Position numbers and translations under genes: made by a program. Shown here piece after piece: positions 1 through 11,300 of a stretch of 49,647 nt of DNA. The notes beneath the pieces were generated by a model. The model was given only the letters and a program-made list of their open reading frames with translations. It had not been told where the DNA came from and made no database searches. Source of the DNA: Mesotaenium endlicherianum (lineage: Eukaryota); the NCBI GenBank assembly GCA_009602735.1, contig WELA01001035.1, positions 88,751 to 138,397 of the forward strand, in the 5' to 3' direction. Position 1 is the stretch's first letter. Each line of letters opens with the position of its first letter.

Positions 1-103
1 GGCGGGGGCGGGGGCGGGCGCGGGAGCGCGGGAGCGCGGGAGCGCGGGAGAGGGAGAGGGAGAGGGAGAGGGAGAGGGAGAGGGAGAGGGAGAGAGTGAG
101 AGT
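1..103 (+). repeat. G-rich simple repeats: (GCGCGGGA)n followed by (GGGAGA)n
   Basis: Directly visible tandem units. They lie upstream of a candidate acceptor (cATAG at 115-119). Confidence 0.85.
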
Positions 104-119
104 GCTGCTCGTGTCATAG

Positions 120-3100
120 AAGAGAGTGCTGCTTGTGTCGCTCCTGCCTCACTACGCCGGATCTGCCCTCGTGGTGCGTGCGTGCGTGCGGGAGGGAGGA
201 AGCAGGAGGCAGAGGCGGCTGAGACGCGGAACGAAGTCGAGCGTGCTGGTGCCGACATCTCCATCCAGGTGTCGTACGCACACACACACGCACGCACACA
301 CACACACACAACACACGCACACACACGCACACACACACGCACACACACACACAGACATGCATACAGACACACTGAAAAATACGTATTTTGAAGCGGTTCT
401 GCTCCTTTGGTGGTGAGCAGCTGCATATCGGTTAGGGAGACAGACAGAAAGATCCTCATAACAGCAGACTGTAGGGCCTCCAAATCCCAAAGGGATGCCG
501 ATGGACGCAGTCTGCTCCCGGAAGAGCGACCCACCCATGTGCCTACCCATGGCATGCCTGCATGGCCAGCTGTGCAGTCAGCCAGCAGCAAGCAGCAAGC
601 TGCAAGCTGGAGGGTGCTTGCGGCGGTAGGGCAGTGGCTTACGTGGCAGGCCACTCTCTGGAGATGGGGGCCCTGCGGCACCTGACGTGTGGTCGTTGAC
701 GGGTGAAGTGCTGCGGTCCACCTGGCAGATGGTGGAGCTGCACCGGAAGGAGCGCCACCTCCTCTCTCTCCAGGTACGATCCTCTCCAACTTCTCAAGCC
801 CTAATCTCCCTACCCTTTAACCCGAAACCCGAAAGCGCTTGTCTCCCCCATCACGTGCAGACTGCCAGTCGCCAGCTAGGACCCGCCTCTGTTCTGAGCA
901 TGCTGCGGGAGGGGGGAAGCCATTGCTCGTCTCGCTCCAGCGTGGCCCCTGCTCTTTCCGCACAGGGGGGGGACCTTCTTTCTTCGCCCACCAGGGCGTA
1001 ACTGCTGAGCCCAGGGGAGGAAGTCAGCCCCTGCTGTCCCCTTCCGGTGGCCCCCCCAGGCAGAAGCGCAGCAAGATACAAGATTTATTAATGCACGCAT
1101 GCACCGGCAGCGGTCAGTGGGACCGCAGCCAGACTGGGCGGAGCGCTAGCAGCGCGAGCAGTGCAGATAGAGTTTGGGACACTGGGGTCATGCGATATCT
1201 TCTAGCCACTAGGAAGTTGTGTTGACATGCGGGGGTGCTATCACCCGGTGTTGAAGTTCTCAGCCTGGAGGGTGCGGACTGGTTGGGGATGAGAGAAAGA
1301 AAGTGAGAGAGTGAGCGAGAGAGTGACAGGTGGCGCTGCTGGGGTTTCAGGAGGCCCTGGACGTGCGCGAGGCAGCCGTTGCCACCCGCGAGGCTGACCT
1401 GGCGGCCAGGGAGGCCCGCATCCGCAAGTTCCACCTCTTGCAGCAGCAGCGCAAGCAGCAGCAGCAGCAGCAGGAGGAGGAGGATGGGAAGCAGCTGCAG
1501 CCAGGGGAGGAGGAGGAGGAGGAGGAGGAGGTGCGCGTTCACATGGCAAGGAGCGGGGGGCTTCCGGAAGGGGCAGGCCACCCTAACCCGCTTTCCACAT
1601 ATGCAAGCGTGCGGAGTGCGCCAGTTGGGGGCAAGGCTGATGCGGCCCAAGCACAGGCAGCTGTCCCGCAGAGCAAGTTGGCTGCAGGCCTCTCTGCTCC
1701 TTCCTTGGCAAACAGGGGAGGCGCATGTGACAGCCATGGCAGCAGGGGGGGTGCTGATGGAGCAACGGCAGGAACGGAGCGGCAGCTCTTGGGAAGGGTG
1801 AAGGTGAAGGAAGAGGTGGAGGAGCAGGAGGAGGAGCAAGAAGAGGAAGACGAGGAGCAGCAGCATCAGCAGCCGAAGAAGAGGAAGAGGAAGAGGGCGA
1901 GGAGGAAGAAGCAAGGTCAGCAGCCTGAGGGGGAGATGAGCGTGACACCCGATGCGGTGCTGGGCCTTTCAGCCCTGCAGCAGCCGCCTCAGCAGCAACA
2001 GCAGCCGCAGCCGCAGCAGCAGCAGCTGCCGCCGCCGCCAATACACGAGTTGGACGTGAAACCGGCAGAACTGCTGGTGCAGTTCCTGGTGGGTCAGGTC
2101 GGGGAGAAGTCTGGGGAGTCCGCAGAGGCAGCCGAGGGGGAGGGGGTAGGCGCCGGCAGGAGATGGCGCCAGCAGAGGTGCCAGCAGAAAAAGCAAGAGC
2201 AGCTACTGCAGCAGCAGGAGCAGCAGCAGCAAGGGCAGCAGCAGCAGGGGCAGGAGGGGGAGGGGAAGCAAGCGCGTGGGGAGGGAAAGGCCGGGAAGCG
2301 GCGGAGGAGCACCGAGAGCCTGCTTCAGTGCGCCCTCCTCTCTCTCTTCTCTTCCTTTCTGTTTGATCGTCTGGCTTTTACTTGTGTGGCTCACGGCCAA
2401 GCACGCGGCCAAGATGTGATCGGCCACGCTCTTTGCACCTGCCGCCACTGTCTGGATGGAGAAGAGACGTTGAGACTCGAGGGCGGGCGGAGCTGGGTGG
2501 CGGGTGGCGGTGGCGGGGGTGCAGGCGGCTGGAGGAGATGCTTCAGGAGGACGTCCCCGACCTTGCTGCCGTGAGTCCTCTCTGCAGAGCTTTACATCCC
2601 GCTGTTCCGCAGAGTGCAGAGGGTAGCTCTGCTCTGCTCTGCTCATCCCTGCCATGCCCTGTGCGACTGGGGGCATGCACAGAGCTGCACTTAGAGGAGA
2701 AGCAGAAGGGTGCCCCCGTGATTTGTGGCCACTTGGTCGAAGCCAGCAGGCAGTAGATGCTGTGGAATGCCTCTGTGCGCTCGCATCGGCGGGGGGGNNN
2801 NNNNNNNNNNNNNNNNNNNNNNNNNNNNNNNNNNNNNNNNNNNNNNNNNNNNNNNNNNNNNNNNNNNNNNNNNNNNNNNNNNNNNNNNNNNNNNNNNNNN
2901 NNNNNNNNNNNNNNNNNNNNNNNNNNNNNNNNNNNNNNNNNNNNNNNNNNNNNNNGGGGGAAGGGCGAAGGGGGGGGGAGGGGGCCAGGAAGAGAGCCCC
3001 TCACATTTTCAGAGTCAGCGCATGCGCACACGTGTGCGCTCTTGTATGTGTGTGTGTGTATGTGAGGTTGAGGGTGTCTGAGAGTGAATGTCTGTCTGTG

Positions 3101-3661
3101 TGTGCGACTACTGTGTCTGTGTGTGCATGTGTCTCTGTGTGTGTGTGTGCGGGTGTCTGTGTGTATGCGTGAGTGGCAGGACCTGCAAGCGAGGGGCCTG
3201 CTGGAGGACATGGAGTTGTACGACGCAGCAGTCTATGACGACTCCATTAACGGCACTGCCATTTCTGCCGCTCCTGGGGGAGGCGCGTCTAGCTCTGACT
3301 TTGCGGCCCTAGAAAAACTGCTGGGCAGAGTACGCTCGCCCTTGCCCCACCTCTCTCCCTCTCTCTCCCTCTCTCTCGAGTGTAGAGGTGTCCTCTCTCT
3401 ACTCAGGCCTTCACTGGCTGGTGGCTGCCCTCAAAGTTGTGCGGCTTACCTTCAGCGAGGGACTTCTCCGATTCCAGGTGCTTGTTATTTTTTGTGTGGG
3501 CCACGATACTTGCAAGCGAGGAGTCCCCATCGCAGTACTGTGTCTTGTGTCCTGCCCACTCTCCCTCCCTCACTCTCTCCCTCCCTCCCCCCCTTTCTTC
3601 CTCCCTCCAGTGCCCCGGTTTCGACGTGCAGCTGTATAGGGGGGAGCCCGAGAAGCATCAC

Positions 3662-3694
<33 letters not shown>

Positions 3695-5699
3695 CCAGCG
3701 GTGCCTGTGGGGGGCCCTTCCAGGCCCAAGTACTGCATCGAGAACCTGGCGGCTCTCCTCGAGCATGTGCGTCCTCCTCGCTTTCTCTTCCCCCCTCTCC
3801 ACCCTTCCCCTGCTCCCACCGCCGCCACCACCACCACCACCATCATCACCGCCAACACCAAGGCAGCCGCCACGACCGCCACCTCTACTGCGACCTCCCC
3901 GCCCTTCTCATACCTCCCCTGGATAGGGCGTGATTTTGATTCGCTTCCGACGTGTACGATGAGAAAGTGACGGTCTCCTTTTCGGGAATGTTTGGCCGCG
4001 TCTCTGCCGGGAGTAAGAAGGCAGGCGCAAGTCCCAGGTCTCAAGGGAGTGAGCGTGCGAGAGGGAGTGATCGCGGGTGCGGGCGTGGGCGCATGGGCGC
4101 GTGCGTGCGCAGGTGAAGAGCGTGAAGCGCAGCGGGTGGCCCGTCAGCTGGGGCTGGTGCCGCCGCCTGCACTCCTTTGTCTTCGCGTTCGACCGCCACA
4201 ACAGGTGCTTCCCCCTCCCGCCCCGCCCCGGTCAATCAGGCGTGGCTGGCAGGCATCTCCTGCAGCTGCTGCTCTCTTTAGCCTTCTGGTCTCCAGCTTC
4301 AGCTTCAGGCCTCTCGTGAATGCTTCACTTCTGAATAGTGTGCCCCTCCACACCATTTCCCTGCCCCCTGAGCTGCGCTCCTCTGTTTTTATTCACCAAA
4401 ATTTTCCAGCACGATGTAAGCAACTGTCTCCCCCTGTCCCATAATGACGCCCAAAGTTTCTGGGAGGGTGTGGGGTACGGAAGGCGCGGGTCTGTGCCCA
4501 TCGGCTGCCTCCGGTGTAGGCTTGCTGACTGGTGTGCCCCACCGAGACCAGCGTTTGAAGCCAGTTTATCTCTCCTCCTGGAAATATTATTTGTTTGGCA
4601 CATTGCGGGCCCCATCTGCCCCTCTATCCTACAGCCGACATGTGCAGACGGAGGGTGGTGTGTTGTGGGCGATGCTCATGATTTTCTCAGAGTGAGGACA
4701 CAGACAGAAGCGGCAGGTGCCTGAGTCGTGATGTGACGGCCGCGCTGCGTGCGCTGGCAGGATCATTCTGGAGCGGCCTGAGTACGGGCGAGCCACCTAC
4801 TTTTTCGAGGTGGAGGAGGGGCACCCCCTGAGTTGGCAGGTGCGGCGGCTGATTGCGGTGCTGTCGGCCGCGCGTGTGGGGCGCATTGACGTGCTTGAGA
4901 ACAAGCCCATTGAGGTGCGCTTCCTTCTTATATTTTTTTTCTGGCCGAAGCTGTCAATGGATGGGTGGACTGTTGCCAGGAGAGTATGAGTGCTCTGAGG
5001 AGGACTCCCCTTGTCTTCTAAGTTGTCATTGCTGAGGAGGGTTTGGTCAAGCGGGCTGCGTCAGGTCTGTCATTGCTGGGGGGAAGGTCAGGCCAGGAGC
5101 CCAGTGAAGAACATGTCGGTGTCAGGGCCTTCGCGAACTGCTTGCCCAGCTGTACCAACTCAAGTGGCAAGCAGCCTTGGGAATGAGAGTTTGCTTACTG
5201 GATGTCTTCGTGTATGTATGTGTGTGCATGTGTATCTGTGTGCGATCGGGCATGTGCAAACTGGTGATAGAGTGGGTATAACGCCAAGTATTCAAAGCAT
5301 GAGCCGGATTGCTACCAAGGGTTGACCTTATCGCTAATTGCAATGTAATATTGTCCGCTGACGGCCCGTTCGTTGGCAAACTTTTCGCAGGTTGAGCCCG
5401 CAGATGGTGCCATTCTTGAAAGTGTCGGGTGGATCCCGAAGACTGGTCTTGGTTCTCTCCTCAATTACTGCGACCGCCTGTTCCATGACTACAAGCACCA
5501 CGCCACCGCCGCAACGTATTTTATGTCGGTGGCCGATTGGCGGAGCAAAATAGGAAAGCTACTGATGCATGGTGTTGATAGAGGGCGGCAGCTGAAGCAG
5601 GACTCGAGGCCGTGTGACGAGCTCTTGCAAAAGCCAGTATTCATTGAGAGTTTTGCATTTGGTCTTTCCGAACCACACTTTCCTCCGGAGCATTTGTAA
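120..5699 (+). CDS. 3' part of a multi-exon gene for an uncharacterised plant-type protein with Q/E-rich low-complexity N-terminal region and a globular C-terminal domain
   Basis: GT-AG exons 3180-3329, 3611-3766, 4113-4204, 4761-4914 and 5391-5699 join in frame to give ...PKYCIENLAALLEHVKSVKRSGWPVSWGWCRRLHSFVFAFDRHNRIILERPEYGRATYFFE...GWIPKTGLGSLLNYCDRLFHD...WRSKIGKLLMHG...*. Probable upstream exons are 729-773, 1330-~2177 and 2525-2570. Exons near 120-268 are uncertain and the N gap may hide another. From memory it resembles uncharacterised angiosperm proteins; not verified. Confidence 0.75.
277..372 (+). repeat. (CA)n/(CACG)n microsatellite
   Basis: Visible CA-rich run directly after a candidate donor at about 269. 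Confidence 0.85.
3030..3172 (+). repeat. (TG)n microsatellite at an intron 3' end
   Basis: Imperfect TG run immediately before the acceptor at 3178-3179. Confidence 0.85.
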
Positions 5700-5874
5700 A
5701 ATAATTGTAGCGTGGGTTCTAACGAGGACTTGTACAGGTGGACTAAAGAACTTCGAGAACTTGTGACTTCACGTTCTCCGGAAGATAGTAGACATAATGG
5801 TCACGAAGTCGTGTTCGCGCCAATAGAAATATCGAGGACAATTGTGTATGAAAACCATAGGTGACCAAGTAGGG

Positions 5875-5898
5875 TATATATATATATATATATATATG
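5875..5898. repeat. (TA)n microsatellite
   Basis: About 12 TA units. Confidence 0.9.
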
Positions 5899-6528
5899 GA
5901 GGTTGACAATGAACAATTTGTGCGTGATTGGCACATGTCATCAACATATGGATCATAATTGAAAGATATACTGTGTTGATGTTTACGTGCATGATGGTAA
6001 TCCTTTGGGGCCCGTGCTACTCAATCATGATTCAAGAGGGCTTGTCAACTGAGATGAGTACATGGGACTCGGATATACAGACATATATATATGTAAGCAT
6101 GTATCTCATAAATCCTGCCCGTGCATGCGCAGCCTGCATTTTCACGTTATCTTTGACGTAAAATTGACACCGAGGGCCCCATTACTCCCTAGAATTTCAA
6201 CTACCGTTTTGCCCAATTCCCTCTCAAGTATTTTGGCCTCCGGTAGTAGCCTGTCAGATTCTCCTCCTCGTCAATTTTGTAGCTTCCACGCATCAGTTGC
6301 CCTCTCACCGGGGCCCTCCCCTCCCCCTTCCCCTCTTCCTCGTAGTCAAAATTCTCTCAAAAACCTCGAGGGCGAGGCAATCCAGGTCCAGCTCGGGCTC
6401 GCCTGCAGCCCTTGCACATCCATCATGCCTCTTCTGTACGCTGTGCAGCCTTCTGGTCTTCAAAAAACAACTGCCAGCTAGACAGCGTCGCAATGCTCGC
6501 CCAAGAACTTCCACGGGGGGACTGGCAG

Positions 6529-7031
6529 TGTAGTGATTTGAGTTATTATATATTAGTTTGCATATATTTCAATGTTTTCAAATATATTTGGAGTAGTATT
6601 GTGTGGATTCAAGTGTGAATAGGTACTCTAGTGACTTGGTTCATGTCCTTTGAACCTTCCAAGGCATTTTCGAAGTTAGAGGAAAGACCTAGAAGAACTC
6701 CACGTGGCAAAAGTCAAATGTGCCATTTTTAGGTCAAAAGGACATGTGTACATTATTCTAGAAAGAGGTGGCAAGTTTTGGGATGTGTTGGGTGCCAACA
6801 CATCAACATACACCTTCCTAGAAATTACTTATTTAGCAAGTATATAAACAAGAGCTAGAACATAGAAAGACATTCCAGAATCACTCTTGTACTTGCCAAA
6901 ATCCAGAAATATATTAACTTTCAAGAAGCCATCTCTCTTTCAAGAAGCTACCACTTGTGTTCAAAGATCCTTGTCTTGAATAGATAAAGTATTCTGTTTT
7001 ACTAAGTACTTTATCTATCTGTTTCACTACA
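6529..7031 (+). repeat. 5' LTR (503 bp)
   Basis: Terminal inverted repeat TGTAGTGA...TCACTACA and TATA-like TATATAAA at 6841. Direct repeat of 12708-13209, with about 9 substitutions and 1 indel counted by eye. Confidence 0.97.
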
Positions 7032-7032
7032 G

Positions 7033-7044
7033 TGGTATCGGAGC
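7033..7044 (+). promoter_or_regulatory. Primer binding site (initiator tRNA-Met type)
   Basis: TGGTATCGGAGC lies 1 nt after the LTR. The canonical plant iMet PBS is TGGTATCAGAGC, so there is one A>G change compatible with G:U pairing. Confidence 0.9.
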
Positions 7045-7068
7045 TAGGCACTTTGATAGCACAAGAAG

Positions 7069-8349
7069 ATGGCCGATCCTCAAAACCAACAGCAAGCTTT
7101 CGAAGGAAGCCCTTCCTCTCCAAGACACCCTCCTCCAGCGCCGATGGGAGAGCCCACTCAAGAAAATCTGCAACAACAAGAAGCACCACAAGGAGGAGCA
7201 CACCCTCCTCCAGCGTCGATGGGAGAGCCTACTCAAGGAAATCTCCAACAACAAGAAGCACCACAAGGAGGAGCACCGTCAAATCCCGTGGCAGCCGCTA
7301 TAGCAAAGTTGACCCCACCACAAGGAGTTCCCGCAAATGAGTGGGCAGCCTTCCTAATGACCGTCCACAACCAAGTGGGCTTGGCCACCTATGAAGCAAC
7401 CGTGCAAGCGTCAAGAGAAGCTATGGCTGCCATGGTTGCCCCTATTGCGAGCAATGCTCAAAATCCAGCCCCGGCTCAAGCGCCTCCACAAGAGCCAACG
7501 AGAGCAAGGAAACTCATCAAGCCCGGCAAACCCGACACTTTCAACCCCGGGAAAGGTGCCAACCTGAATTTATGGCTCTACCAAGTGGAGACGTACCTCG
7601 CATTCCTTGAAGTACCCGAGGAGGACTACGTTCCCTTTGCCGTTACCTTACTTAGAGGAGCAGCAACATCATGGTGGCGTAACTATCAAGCGGCTATATA
7701 TCAAGCTATGGCGCACCCCATGCTCGGCCAAGAGCCCCCACCATCATATGCAAGATGGGCAGATTTTCGTGAGGCCCTCAAGAAGCAATTCATGCCCATC
7801 AATGCGGAGAAGATTGCCCGAGGAAAGCTCCACCATCTCAAGCAAACGACGTCCGTTCAAGAGTATACATCCAGATTTCACGCCCTCACTCTTGAGATCC
7901 CCAACATGTCTCTCGAGGAGAAGATTGACCGCTACATCTTTGGCCTCAAACCCAAGGTGGCAAAGGAAGTGGAGTTACGCGACTTGACGGACTTCTCAAA
8001 GATCATTGAAGTGGCCCAAAAGGTGGATACCTTGGATTTCAAGCACTCCGTGCCTTCATCTTCACGGGTACCGACGACGCGGGTGTACGCAGCCCCTTCC
8101 ACATCCGAATCTGGACCCACACCCATGGAAATCGGAGTTATTAAAAGGGACCCCGCGGCTGCCCGGAAGAGTGGAAGACCCTCCAATGACACTTATGATG
8201 CAAGAAACCAGCAAGGAGTGAAAGCAAGACTCTCCCCGGCTGAAAAAGAAGCTCTCATGACGGCTGGACTATGCTTCTATTGCAAGGAAAAGGGCCATCG
8301 TGCACTTTCATGCCCCAAAAAGTTGTCAAAAAACGGACAGCGCCGGTAG
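7069..8349 (+). CDS. gag: Retrotransposon Gag (426 aa)
   Basis: Capsid-like motifs (KPDTFN..., LLRGAATSWW, LKQTTSVQEY), GPTPMEIG and the CCHC knuckle CFYCKEKGHRALSC. Confidence 0.95.
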   Translation: MADPQNQQQAFEGSPSSPRHPPPAPMGEPTQENLQQQEAPQGGAHPPPASMGEPTQGNLQQQEAPQGGAPSNPVAAAIAKLTPPQGVPANEWAAFLMTVHNQVGLATYEATVQASREAMAAMVAPIASNAQNPAPAQAPPQEPTRARKLIKPGKPDTFNPGKGANLNLWLYQVETYLAFLEVPEEDYVPFAVTLLRGAATSWWRNYQAAIYQAMAHPMLGQEPPPSYARWADFREALKKQFMPINAEKIARGKLHHLKQTTSVQEYTSRFHALTLEIPNMSLEEKIDRYIFGLKPKVAKEVELRDLTDFSKIIEVAQKVDTLDFKHSVPSSSRVPTTRVYAAPSTSESGPTPMEIGVIKRDPAAARKSGRPSNDTYDARNQQGVKARLSPAEKEALMTAGLCFYCKEKGHRALSCPKKLSKNGQRR

Positions 8350-8363
8350 GCCAGGAGCCTACC
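8328..8363 (+). promoter_or_regulatory. Putative -1 programmed ribosomal frameshift signal between gag and pol
   Basis: Slippery heptamer A AAA AAC (8328-8334) is in the correct gag phase. Stem-loop GGTAGGC-cagga-GCCTACC follows at 8345-8363. The protease frame is -1 relative to gag. Confidence 0.8.
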
Positions 8364-11300
8364 ACCCCAAGACCCACTTCACGAGAAGGCAACACGCCAA
8401 GTGAGGTGGAGACCCCCGTTGAAGACGACGTTCCAGCCCCAATGAGTTTGAGAGGTTACCTTGGAGGAGAGAAGGTCCACATCTTGGTGGATAGCGGAGC
8501 TCAAGGCAACTTCATTGCTGCAGATTTTGCCACCAAGCACGGTATTACTATGCGAACTCTTGACCACGACGAGGAGATTATGATGCCCGATGGATTCTCC
8601 TATACTACCCCTTCCAAGAAGACGTACCCCTTGGCACTCTCTATCAAGTCCTTCAAGGATAGAGTAGTGTTCTCCCCCATGCAATTGGGCAAGTACGACG
8701 TCATCCTAGGGACGCCTTGGTTGACCAAGCACAACCCCCAAGTTGATTGGAGGACCGGTACTATCAAGATCAAGAATGACATCACTTCAAGAATCTGTAT
8801 TTTGCGCGCAATCCAGAATATCCAGACCCAAGACATCCAGAAGCCGACACACGAGATACTATTGTCCGCCCTCCAACTCAAGTGACTTGTGAGGAAGGGA
8901 CACGAGCTTCTTTTGGCCTTGATGACGCCAAAAGACATCAAGAAAGACATTGAGAGTCAAGAAGGCAGCCCCGTTCCCAAGAAGATAGAAGAAGATTAGA
9001 GGACTACAAAGAAGTATTCTCCCCAAATTGCCCAAAGGCTTACCCCCCAAGAGATTCGTAGACCACAAGATAGAGTTGGAGCCCGGAAGCAAGCCCATCT
9101 CTCGGCCTACGTTCAAAATGTCATACACGGAGCTAGACGAAGTCAAGAAGCAAATCAAGGAGCTACTGGAGCATGGCTTCATTCGACCTAGCAAGTCGCC
9201 ATTTGGAGCCCCGGTGCTATTTGTCAAGAAGAAAGATGGTACCTTGAGGATGTGTGTGGACTATCGCGCCCTCAACAAGATCACCATCAAGAATCGATAC
9301 CCGCTGCCGCGCATGGATGAGCTCATGGACCGGCTGGTTGGAGCCAAGTACTTCACGAAGATTGACTTACGGAGCGGCTATCACCAGATTCGCATCGCAG
9401 AACCGGACATAGAGAAGACGGCATTCAGGACAAGATATGGACATTTTGAGTTCATGGTCCTGCCATTTGGACTCACCAACGCGCCAGCAACTTTCATGAC
9501 TATGATGAACACCATATTTCAGCCCATGTTGGACAGATTTGTGGTGGTATTCATCGATGACATCCTTATCTACAGCAAGACCCTTGAAGAGCATGCGAGA
9601 CACTTGAAAGAAGTCCTNNNNNNNNNNGAAAACAAGCTATTTGCNTGTTTGCGAAGGAGTCAAAGTGCGAGTTTGCCAAACAAGAAGTGGAGTTCCAAGG
9701 TCTCCACGTGACTGCTGGTGGCATCAAGATAGACCCCAAGAAGACCACGGTGGTGGAGGAATGGCCAACCCCCACGACCAAGAAAGAACTCCAGTCATTC
9801 TTGGGATTTGCCAATTGGTACAGGAGATTCATCCAAGGCTTCTCGCACATAGCAGCCCCCCTGACAGATCTACTCAAGAAGGACAGGCTATATACATGGA
9901 CCCAGAAAGAGGAAGAGACATTTCAAGAGTTAAAGCGAAGATTGACCACATCCCCGGTGCTCACACTCCCAAGTCCAAACCCAGATTGGCCCTTCCACGT
10001 CATCACCGATGCATCTTCCTATGCAATAGGAGCAATCCTGCTTCAAGACCAAGGCAAGGGACTGCAGCCCATCGCCTACGAGTCAAGGAAGCTAAATCCA
10101 GCCGAGCAAAATTATACAACCACGGAGCGAGAGGCATTGGCGATTGTACATGCCTTGAAGGTTTGGCGCTGCTACGTTGAAGGACGCAAAGTACTGGTCA
10201 CCACAAACCATGAGGCGTTAAAGCACCTCCAGACGCAGCCGTACCTCTCAAGGAGACAAGCAAGATGGAGCGGATACTTGCAACAATACAACATCACGAT
10301 TCAGTACCAGCCCGGCAAGACAAACCCGGCTGACCCCCTCTCAAGACTGCAATTAAATGCAGTGATGGTATCCCTGAAGACAGATCTGGAAGCTCGATTT
10401 TCAGCCGCCTATGAAAGAGACCCTTACTACAAGAACGGAGAAGCAGCCTTGGACCCATGCAAGAAGCAAGAAGGCAATTATTGGGTGAGGCAAGACACGG
10501 GCCAGAGATGTGTTCCTAATGACTTAGACCTCCGGCTCTTGCTTCTACGAGAAGCACACGACAACCCTCTTGGAGGACACTTTGGAATCCTAAGGACCAC
10601 GGGCGTTCTAGCTAGGACTTATTGTTGGCCAGGCATGTCTAAGCAAGTCAAGGAGTACTGCAGGAGCTGTGACACATGCCAAAGAATCAAGCCATCATCG
10701 CAAAAGGCGGGAGGACTCCTCCAACCACTACCAATCCCCGAAAGACAATGGACGGACATCTCAATGGACCTTATCGTGGACTTGCCCGTGACACCTCGAG
10801 GCCATAATGCAATACTCACGGTGGTGGACAAACTTACTAAGATGACTCATTTTATTTCCACGACGAGTAAGGCTACATCACCACAACTTGCAAGACTCAT
10901 CTTTGACAACATCTTCCGACTCCATGGACTACCATCAAGAATTGTGTCAGATAGAGACCCAAGATTCACAAGCCATTTCTGGAAAAATCTCTTTAAGAAC
11001 TTGGGTACATCGCTGGATATGTCCACTGCCTACCACCCGCAATCAGATGGGCAAACCGAGCGTATGAATCGTACTCTAAAGACCTCTCTAAAGGCCTACG
11101 TGTCTACTGTGGAGCAAGATTGGGACATGTACTCGACCCCCCTGGAGTTTGCCTACAACAACACAACGCAAGCCTCTACCCAAGAGTCCCCATTCTTCCT
11201 CAATTATGGCTTCCATCCGACCACGCCACTGAGCTTCACGGCTGGCCATGATGAAGTACCTGCAGCCACAGATTTTATGGAGACATTAGAAGCAGCCCTT

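Noticed and set aside
114..550. VC/HT-repeat ORFs here and at 31631-32477 and 46673-47029
   Set aside because: They are translations of CA/TG microsatellites, which lack stop codons. Only the spliced exons within them are credible.
1114..2676. Long antisense ORFs rich in L, A and C
   Set aside because: Shadow frames of the CAG/GAG-rich sense exon.
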